DNA of 57,887 nucleotides, filler included, from Thelocarpon superellum (Eukaryota), in assembly GCA_026025795.1 (NCBI GenBank). It is 2 parts of 2 records of this genome, joined end to end, with 100 filler letters (N's around TTAATTAATTAA, not from the genome) between each part and the next. Parts side by side here need not be neighbours in the genome. Positions count along the whole stretch, not along the records: positions 29,005 to 57,887 come from JAPEUG010000230.1; 1 more part is not named here. One strand, 5' to 3'. The notes under the pieces are model-generated. The model was not told where the DNA came from, searched no databases, and saw nothing but the letters and a program-made list of their open reading frames with translations. Made by a program: the position numbers and the translations under genes. Shown piece by piece: positions 49,416-57,887 of this stretch (position 1 is the stretch's first letter; every line of letters begins with the position of its first letter).

Positions 49416-50439
49416 GGCGGTGGGGGTGAGGAATAGATCGCCCGGAGTCGTGGGTGGTGTGGAAGGCCGGACATGGACCGGCGTCAAGAGGTTGGCTAGG
49501 CTGGCGTGCGAGTTGAGGCACCAGGCGCCATCGAACGTAGGGCACGTCCCTAGGTCAATGTCTTGACCGACCAACCTAGATCGTGGAGACCCGTCTGAGG
49601 CAGAGAGTTCATAGGCTGGCGCACCCTCGTAAGCTCCGGACGATCAAGCTCCGATGTCACGGCCACGGAACAGTAGCTTACCACGGCGGCAGATCGTCCC
49701 GTCGGCTCGCGCATAGGCATGTTGGAACATCACGAGATTACTTGACGGTTATTAGTCAGCATTTGACCTCTCGAGCGAGAGTTACGCGGGCGAGGGTACG
49801 CAGACAAAGCATAGTGGCTGCCCATGAGCCGCGCCCAACGCCACTCTTCGTCTCAGGTCAGGCCAAGCGAGCCAAGGCTGGGTGGATCCGCTGCATTCGC
49901 TTGGGGGACGCGGCAGAGGTGCGAAGAGCGCTCCGTCCTGTCCCACCCCTCGAGATACGCTTACTTCCTGTTTTTTGGTCGGTCAACAACATCCGCTTGC
50001 CTTTCATACGTCCATTTCTTCTGTGCTGCAAGCACAGTATGATATTGTTGCCAACGGAATGAATGAACGGATAGATTCCTCCGTAGCTAGCTATTCCCAA
50101 CAGCGTTGTTTCACCTTCCCCTGTCCGTTGTTGCGAGAGGTCTGCCACACCGGGGAATCCCCCCTTGCTAAGAATCCAACACTGGCTGACTTCATATCAT
50201 GGTGCTATGTATGGAGTATTCCCAGCATAAATCGGCCCTCCATCAATACTTTCCGAATGGCCCGCGGTGGAAAGCGTTTTCTCGATTACGTCATCCAAGG
50301 CTCGAGGCTACTTCCTAGCTACGTCATCGGAGAAGCGTGTCTCTTCTTCGCACACGGCGAGGCACTATAACGATTATCTTCTCCAACTCTACCCAACTTC
50401 AAGCATTCCACGGCGCCTTAGATACTCTTGTCCATCATC

Positions 50440-50700
50440 ATGCCTACTCATCCTTCTGAAGAAAACACACATGGAGGCCTGACCGAGATGGTCGCCAAAG
50501 AGCCCTCATCCAAGACCGACTCGACCGCCAGTGAGCACCCAAGGCATAAAGACGACTACTCCGCGGGCAAAGCCAAGGCGTCCGACTTCCAAGCCACCCC
50601 GGGGCCTGCCATCATCCAGAGTCAAGACGACGTCGAGGCGCCGGCGTCCAAGGACGAGCTCCGGGCTCGGGCTGCGGAGCTGAACAAGTCGGGCTCTTGA
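50440..50700 (+). CDS. Small hydrophilic conserved fungal protein, 86 aa
   Basis: Host-like codon usage, CATC-ATG context, TATAA about 75 nt upstream; C-terminal QATPGPAI...SKDELRARAAELNK resembles a recurring family of small uncharacterised ascomycete proteins. Confidence 0.7.
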   Translation: MPTHPSEENTHGGLTEMVAKEPSSKTDSTASEHPRHKDDYSAGKAKASDFQATPGPAIIQSQDDVEAPASKDELRARAAELNKSGS

Positions 50701-51690
50701 GAGTATGGTGGAAGGGTGCGTCACAGACTGGCATCAGATTGTATGTAGCCTAAAACTCCGTCACGCCATCAAAAGACGCTGATCTTGTTCGTGCCCTCAG
50801 CGACCATAGACAATAGAAAGGAGTAGCTAGTCGGACGTCCCCTAATGTCAGCTTTCACCTCGTGTGGCGATTTGGGCCGAACAGACGCATGTAGATCTGT
50901 CATGCCCGGCGGCATTCTTGCACGGAGAGCCTCCCGTCATACGACGCCGTTCGATGGTGAATGGAGAGTCGGCGTTGTGCGTTTCGTAAGAGCATGATGG
51001 GATGAGTGCTACCGGCCAGTATAAGCGAGGAGGCTTTGGTGGACTCGTTCCTGCGTTCGCCGTCACGCTCGCTAATCCACGGTCGACGTCATGAACTTAC
51101 CAAACGCTAAAAGGTCGACAGCAAGGAGGCTTATGGTAAGCAGATTGCCACTTTAGTCGTATCTCGTCCTTCTTTCCCTGTCTTGACCTTCCATTATCTT
51201 GCATCTTTACATGCATTTGTCGATGTAGCAGTACCACATATCTTCCGCTTGAGCGTCTCCATCCTTGGTCCAAGCTTACGTCTCTGCTCAGCATCATACC
51301 GGTGAAGAAATCTTCTCCTATTCCTGTGCAAAAAGCCAGGTGCAGCCCTCTTTTACCACGACTGTCTGCGATCATCTACGCCCGTCATCTTCATGCACGA
51401 CCCCTAGGCGACATTTCATCGTCACCCATGATCTCAGAGGATCTTGTACTTTGTCTCATCACTGTCCTTCCATCTCTCACATCCTCTTCTCCACCGTCCT
51501 TGCGCTTCGTTCACTTTAAAGATCGTCTTGAACCCGTGGGCTGAGATCTGAAGCGAATTCTGCAATTGCATTGAGGCCTTTCCATCTCTCCATTCCGTTC
51601 GAGACTCGGCTTGTCTCACCCACGCTCCCATCCCTGGCGTGCCGAGCGGTCGATATCCTTCCCGCAGTACTTCGGCTGCCTCTTCGCGGG

Positions 51691-53187
51691 ATGGCCGGTT
51701 CAACACGCGCATCGGCGGCACGAGCTGCAAAGAATCACAAGTCGAAGACATCGCAAGATCTGTTTCCCTCGAAGCTGTCTAACTTGCCGCCTACGCCCTC
51801 ACCCACCGCAACCAACCACTCTACGGTGACCAAAACCTCCAAAGCAGCCACACCCGCCAGAAAGCGAAAGAGAGGCGCTGCGGTAAAGTTGGAGGAGGAC
51901 ATCAATGACTTGCCTCACAACCTAGGAAAGCGGGTCACGAAAGAGACAGCTGCGGCCGACGCCAAGAACACACCTGCTGGACGGAGAAGCAAGAGAGTGG
52001 CGACGAGGCAGCCCCCACAGGCCGGCCCCGCAGAGGAGGCTGCTCTCGCGGACGATGTGACCTCGCCCAAGAAAAAGCGCGGCACAGCAAAAGCCAATCC
52101 ATACGGCATCGTCCTCGGAGAAGACCCTTTCCCCGACTGGCCACACCCAACACCCGAGGAATGTCAGAAGGTGACGGATCTCTTGTCCGAGCTGCATGGA
52201 GTCGTCGTCGCACCGACGACAATCCCCGTTCCCTCAATCACAGTGTCCGGATGCGGCGAGGTCCCCTCAGTCTTGGACGCCCTCATTCGCACCGTTCTCA
52301 GCGCCGCCACGACGGGAACCAATTCCGCACGTGCCTTTCAAGGCTTGGTGGCAGAGTTCGGCCTGATAGACAAGGGCATCGGCAAGGGTAGCGTGGACTG
52401 GGATCGAGTGCGACGGGCGAGCCACGCGCAGGTCTTTGCCGCGATCAAATCCGGTGGGCTCGCGGACATGAAGAGCAAGAGCATCAAGGCCATCCTGGAC
52501 ATGGTCTTCGCCGAGAATCAAGAGCGTCGAGAAGGCTTGGTGAAGGCTGCGGAAGGGAACGACAAGGCCGCTCCAGTCGGCGCCGAGAATGAGGACGCAA
52601 AGCAGCGAGCGGCTGAGGTCAGCCGCGCCGATCAGCACGTCCTGTCTCTCGACCACTATCACTCCATGTCGACGGCCGATGCTTTCCACGGGCTGGTACG
52701 ATATCCAGGCATTGGGGTGAAGACGGCCTCGTGCGTCTTGCTCTTCTGCCTGCAGCGGCCCAGTTTTGCCGTCGACACGCACGTGTTCCGGCTGTGCAAG
52801 TGGCTCGGCTGGGTTCCACCCTCCCGGGCGACGCCAAACTTGACCTTCGCTCACCTGGACGTGCGCATCCCCGACGCGCTCAAGTATCCGCTGCATCAGC
52901 TCTTCATTCGCCACGGCAAGACCTGTCCCCGTTGTCGAGCCGCCACGGGGCAGAGCAGTGAGGGTTGGGCCCGCGGTTGTCCCATCGACCATCTCGTCAC
53001 GCGCACCGGGGCGCGGAAGGATGGGTCGGGGAAGATGGTTAGGAAGCAGAGCAAGAAGAGCAAGAATGGCAAGAAGAGCACCAAGGCGAGGGCAGAGAAT
53101 AACAGCAGTGAGGCGTCTGCGGGTAGGCAGGATGAACCGGAGGAGGATACGGACGTGGAATCGGCGGAGGAGGAGGAGGGGGAGTGA
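51691..53187 (+). CDS. HhH-GPD (endonuclease III superfamily) DNA glycosylase, ~498 aa
   Basis: PFPDWPHPTPEEC, GCGEVPSVLDALIRTVLS, HhH PGIGVKTASCV, catalytic AVDTHVFR, LHQLFIRHGK; basic NLS-like termini; single exon. Confidence 0.92.
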   Translation: MAGSTRASAARAAKNHKSKTSQDLFPSKLSNLPPTPSPTATNHSTVTKTSKAATPARKRKRGAAVKLEEDINDLPHNLGKRVTKETAAADAKNTPAGRRSKRVATRQPPQAGPAEEAALADDVTSPKKKRGTAKANPYGIVLGEDPFPDWPHPTPEECQKVTDLLSELHGVVVAPTTIPVPSITVSGCGEVPSVLDALIRTVLSAATTGTNSARAFQGLVAEFGLIDKGIGKGSVDWDRVRRASHAQVFAAIKSGGLADMKSKSIKAILDMVFAENQERREGLVKAAEGNDKAAPVGAENEDAKQRAAEVSRADQHVLSLDHYHSMSTADAFHGLVRYPGIGVKTASCVLLFCLQRPSFAVDTHVFRLCKWLGWVPPSRATPNLTFAHLDVRIPDALKYPLHQLFIRHGKTCPRCRAATGQSSEGWARGCPIDHLVTRTGARKDGSGKMVRKQSKKSKNGKKSTKARAENNSSEASAGRQDEPEEDTDVESAEEEEGE

Positions 53188-53596
53188 TGCTTTCCTGTGT
53201 ATTGTTGCCCAGCCTGCCCAGTCGTAGCGGTAAATTGCTCCATCTAGACAGCGCAAAAGGAGCAGCTGGAGGGTCTCCCGCGTAGAAGGGCAAATCCTTA
53301 TCACCGGAACACCTCAAATCTCATAACCCAACGTGGCATCGAGAACCTGCATGTCATGCGTAGTGTGTGGCAGGGAGTGAGCATTTGGTGAAGTCATCGT
53401 GGACTACTACCCCGACTTGGCTGACCGTTGGAACGGCACGGCACGGATTTTGAAGCGGAGATCCCGACCTGGCCTAGATTAGGATGGAACAGTAGCTTGA
53501 TATAGGAAACTGCTGTCAACCTGGCTCTACCACTGGTATGCTGTCACATGACTAGCTTAGGCCGATATCATGTCACATTATTAATTATATTCAATG

Positions 53597-53687
53597 TGTA
53601 GGAGCGCGCACGTGATATGGTCACGTGCCTACTCCTATTACTATCCCAGACTACGTGTAGATTAGCAATTCAGCTCTGATTCCTACA
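53597..53687. repeat. 91-bp segment with TGTAGGA/TCCTACA inverted termini and internal hairpin (solo-LTR- or MITE-like relic)
   Basis: Perfect 7-bp terminal inverted repeat with TG...CA ends; internal 14/17-bp stem around two CACGTG sites; no target-site duplication. Confidence 0.3.
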
Positions 53688-55054
53688 GTAGAAAGGAAAA
53701 AGACGGCAAGGATATAGACGGATCGAGAAGGGCGCCATTCCAACGTGGAATGAGCAAAGCAGATAAAGACAAATCAAATCCACCGAGCTCGGTCTCTACT
53801 TTCCTTGTCTACGCGCGATGTCAGTACGCTTTGTCTGACAGCAATAGCAAAGACATACAGATTCTCCGAGGATCATTTCTTCTCGGCATCACGTAGGCTT
53901 TGGGTCGGCTTGTGGCTATTCTTGCCCAGCAGCGAGGACCGCTTAGGTCCGACACGCGCCGTGGGAATATTCGGCCCACATTGCCTGCGCATACATCCAG
54001 TATGGGGCGGTGTGCCACTGCACAAGCTTGCTCTTGTCGGTAGGTTCGTCTTGGGACTGCCGGGCCCAATAAGACACACTAATGTAGCTATCGCTACTAT
54101 TGCCCATGAGATATGACGGCGAGGCGGACTTGATGCTGGCAACGGCTAGAGCACTGCCATTTAGGCTGGAAATTCCTGGCTGCGCGACGGCTGGGTTGGT
54201 GCTTGCTGGGATGGAGACGTTGGGATTGATCGGAGGCTGGCCGATGCCCACGTCTCGCAGATCAACCGTCGCCGCCAGCCAGAGCATCACCGCCAGGTCA
54301 CACTGCCACGGCGCCCAATCATATAGATCAGCCGGCGTGGTGCAGTTTTGGGAGAGATAAGAGAGGTCGACCAGAACTTTGCTGGGTCACACGATGGGGT
54401 GGTTGAGCAATTAAGTATCTCGATGGTGGAGTGGGCATGAGACTCCATGGTCTGAAATGATGGATCAGTCCGGCCGTCGTAGGCAGAAGCCAGAGAGCTG
54501 CCTTGAGCTCGTCCAGTGGACTTTCTGCGGACAGGACCGACGTCGAGGCGTGCGGGAGACGGGCTCGAAACAAGATCGTGGACTTTGTTATGGGCATCTG
54601 GAACAGGCATGGTCTGCCTTCCGCCGGCGACAATTATGCACCCAGAAATACTGGCGAGGCCGCCCATGACAGGACAGTCAGTTGCATTGCATACATCCAC
54701 TGGCGTAGGGGTGAGTTCCAACTTCTGTAGCTTGCAAGCCTGCATCAACAGTGTCTCGTCAAACGCATCAACTCTGAATTTAGCGACTGCATCTGATGCT
54801 CCGTCATGTTGACGCTGGTCTGTACATTACTAGAAGCAGTGCTAATCTTTTGGCCGCATTTGGGACGCACTGTCTAGGGCGATGGCGGTGGCGCGTGCTT
54901 GAAGCTACACCACCGCGCTCGGGCAAACCCGTTTCGTTGGGGGTGTACGGTTCGGACTTGTCGGCGAGCGACCTGCCCTCCGAAGCGAGCGTATGCCCAA
55001 CTCGGCCGGCGGTGGTGGCGACGGATCGAACATCCCGAGCTTCATCAAGCGAAG

Positions 55055-57031
55055 ATGGCGCTGTCGATGGGCGTCGACGCGTGCTTGTGGACCGTTGCTG
55101 GCGGGGTGTTGCTGTTTTCAGTGCTTACTCTACGCTCTCTCCGCCCCTTTCCAAACTCTCGGACGACTGTTCCGCGACTGCATGTCCGGACTCCGGTCCA
55201 GTGCACACCCGGCTGGAAGGGCGAGTGGGCGGATCAACTTCAACTCAAGGTGAGGGTCCAGCTTCGCTCACGTGCTGTATGCGGCAGCTCACGCATCGTA
55301 GGTTTCCGGTTCCAGTGCGATTCAATGCTACTGTCCGGCCACGGGCATCTCTCTCGGCACATGCAACCCAGCCAGTCCGGCCGCGATCGATCGAGCGGTC
55401 GGCAAAGCCAGCGCGGCCCAAAGAGAATGGGCCAGGACCAGTTTTGCAGAGAGGAGGAGGGTGCTGCAGACGCTGCTCACGTGAGAGATGCATTGAGTCT
55501 CGGGAAAGGATGTGCTAAATCCACGTCCCAGCTTTATCCTTGACCACCAAGAGCCTATCGCACGAGCCGCGTGTTTAGATTCGGGGAAGACGATGGTTGA
55601 TGCGTCCTTGGGAGAGATTCTCATGACGGCGGAGAAGCTCAAATGGACCATCGTACATGGGGAAGCGGCCTTGCGAGCCGAACGTCGTCCGACCAATTTC
55701 CTCATGGGGTACAAGGTCAACGAGGTGCGCTGGGAGCCACTGGGCGTGGTGGCAGCGTGCGTAAGCTGGAACTATCCCTTTCACAACCTGCTCGGGCCCA
55801 TCATCTCGGCCATCTTCGCCGGCAATGGCATTGTGATCAAGGGGTCAGAGGCCACGGCATGGTCATCAACCTACTTCACCAACATTGTCACGTCCGCTCT
55901 GACCGCCTGCGGGCATTCCTCGAATCTCGTCCAATCGGTCGTCTGCTGGCCCGCGGTCGCCAACCATCTAACTTCACACTCGGGAATTAGCCATGTCACG
56001 TTCATCGGCTCTCGCCCCGTTGCCCTGGCCGTCGCCGCCTCAGCCGCGACCAGTCTCACCCCGCTCTGTCTCGAGCTTGGGGGAAAAGACGCGGCCATCA
56101 TTCTCGACGATGTCCGCTGCCTCGAAAGAGTTTGCAGCATTCTGCTGCGGGGCGTCTTCCAGAACGCAGGCCAGAATTGCATCGGCATCGAACGCATCAT
56201 CGCCTGTGAGGGGATATACGCGAGATTGGTGAAGATGCTCGAGCCACGCGTGCGCGCCCTACGGGTCGGCAGCGCCCTGGACGACGGCGACGGGGTAGAT
56301 GTTGGTGCAATGATCTGCGATAGTAGCTTCACCCGACTCGAGAAGCTCATTACCAGCGCGATCAATAAAGGCGCCAACCTCCTCGTGGGTGGCAGAGCCT
56401 ACACTCACCCGCACCATCCCAATGGACATTATTTCCGCCCGACGCTCCTCGTAGACGTGACGCCCGATATGGCCATCGCTCAGGAAGAAGTCTTTGGGCC
56501 CATCATGACGATCATGAGAGCGGCGGACGTCGAGGACGCCATCAAGATTGCCAACTCGACTGCTTATGGCCTAGGTTCGAGCGTCTTCGGCACCAACACC
56601 CGCCAGCTCGACCAAGTCGTCGCCGGTCTGCAAACGGGGATGGTGGCCGTCAATGACTTTGGGGTCTACTATGCCGTCCAACTTCCGTTCGGCGGGGTCA
56701 AGCAGTCAGGTAGACTCTCCGCAAGCCTCCCCAGCACCTGCGTCGCAGTGCGGCCTTTCCGAACGCTCTCCAGCTAATACAAAATGAAAATCAAACAGGC
56801 TACGGCCGCTTTGCAGGCGTCGAGGGGCTGCGCGCCTTGTGCGCTAGCAAGAGCGTCAGCCGCGATCGATTCCCGGCGCTCTTCAGCACCGCCATTCCGC
56901 GCCCGCTCGACTATCCCGTTTCCAACGCGGCGCGCGCCTGGGACTTGTGTTGTGGCGTCATGCAGCTCGGTTACGGGTCCTTTTGGAGTAGACGGGGTAA
57001 GGGACTGTGGGATATTGTGCGTAATGCGTAG
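55055..57031 (+). CDS. MSC7: Aldehyde dehydrogenase, Msc7-like with N-terminal membrane anchor, ~594 aa
   Basis: IQCYCPATG, GKTMVDASLGEI, EPLGVVAACVSWNYPFHN, TFIGS, LELGGKD, AGQNCIGIER, EEVFGP, LPFGGVKQSGYGRF. Exons 55055-55249, 55302-55480, 55532-56709, 56799-57031 (595 codons). Confidence 0.9.
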
Positions 57032-57502
57032 ATAGACTGTGATTGTACGGTGATTGAGCAGTGGAGAGATTTTTGTGTCGAGTTTGCTTAATTGTGAGCT
57101 GGTATCATCGAGGCTAGCAGAGTATCGATACAACGTAAGATGTGGAGAGACAAGAAGATTTTCCCCCTTCCGATCTTCCTTTCCTTTCAAATTCAATGGT
57201 CAAGTTCAGGCACACTATACGCTGCACGCTATCCCGGCAACGGCCCTGGTATCCATCCCGCGATTTCCCTACCATGCTGGATTAACCGAGTTGAGGGCAA
57301 AAATGGGTGAGGAATGTCTGGAAAAGTCCGGGTTGGGATGAGGGGAAACGACGTGACGAGGTGACTGCCAAGACTGCCGCAGTGACGAAGTGGAACGAAA
57401 AGATGAGGAAGTTGATGCATCGAGAGCTGGTGCTGGTGCGTCGGGACGCAACGCGACGAGGCATGACGCTGCGTGACGTGAGGGGCACACGAGCATGCCG
57501 CG

Positions 57503-57773
57503 TTATATCGTACTCGTAGTATGGTGACGGCGACGTCTACCGCCACCCCGACCGCAGGTCAAGCACGAGATGACAATGTCGAAGAGGCCGACGATGGCGC
57601 CGATGATGGCTTGAAGCACGGCGCCGATGCCGTTCACAATGGCCATCAGGCATGCGCCGATGGTGCGAAGGATCGCTTCGATCTGGACGGAGAGAAAGAA
57701 GTTAGTTGAGTTCTCGTGGTTTCCCTCGTGCTGCGTGGAGGTGGCGGCTTACACAAGATACAACGGCTCCCAT
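57503..57773 (-). CDS. 66-aa hydrophobic microprotein (MGAVVSC...), not in the ORF track
   Basis: AAAATG start; exon 57773-57753, intron GTAAGC...CTAAC...CAG 57752-57683, exon 57682-57503; product MGAVVSCIEAILRTIGACLMAIVNGIGAVLQAIIGAIVGLFDIVISCLTCGRGGGRRRRHHTTSTI. Confidence 0.85.
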
Positions 57774-57887
57774 TTTGATGGTGGTGCGGGGTTTGTGAAC
57801 GGTGTGTGTGTGAGTTTTTGAGTGGTGGGTTGTGCGGTGGTCAACTTCAACGTTGGTCTCTTTTCCTGACTGTAGAGAAGCTTGGAT

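Noticed and set aside
49583..50370. ORFs of 159 and 162 aa upstream of LAS17
   Set aside because: No host-like codon bias or motifs; region fits the divergent promoter between LAS17 and the 86-aa gene.

Overview
Eukaryotic, GC-rich, intron-containing DNA from a filamentous ascomycete (Pezizomycotina-type genes; short GT-AG introns with CTRAC/CTRAY branch sites). The window is not demonstrably contiguous: an artificial 100-nt linker (44 N + TTAATTAATTAA + 44 N, 28905-29004) splits it almost exactly in half. Left half: a possible LTR-retroelement end running off the edge, GH71 alpha-1,3-glucanase, ABCA transporter, M18 vacuolar aminopeptidase, a conserved disordered protein ending in LFVANPD, lanosterol synthase (ERG7), SGT1, a GST, a hand-assembled 5-exon secreted tandem-domain protein, and auxilin-like SWA2. 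Right half: P4-ATPase flippase (DNF1/2 type), SEN1 helicase with two C-terminal zinc knuckles, CsgA-like SDR, MRS2/LPE10 Mg transporter, LAS17/WASP, an 86-aa hydrophilic protein, an HhH-GPD glycosylase with ROS1/DEMETER-like segments, an MSC7-like aldehyde dehydrogenase and a 66-aa spliced, probably lipid-anchored microprotein missed by the ORF track. Exon boundaries were derived by hand and checked for frame. No tRNA, rRNA or CRISPR array was recognised. I see no convincing novel multi-gene system; the best leads are individual uncharacterised proteins and motifs.
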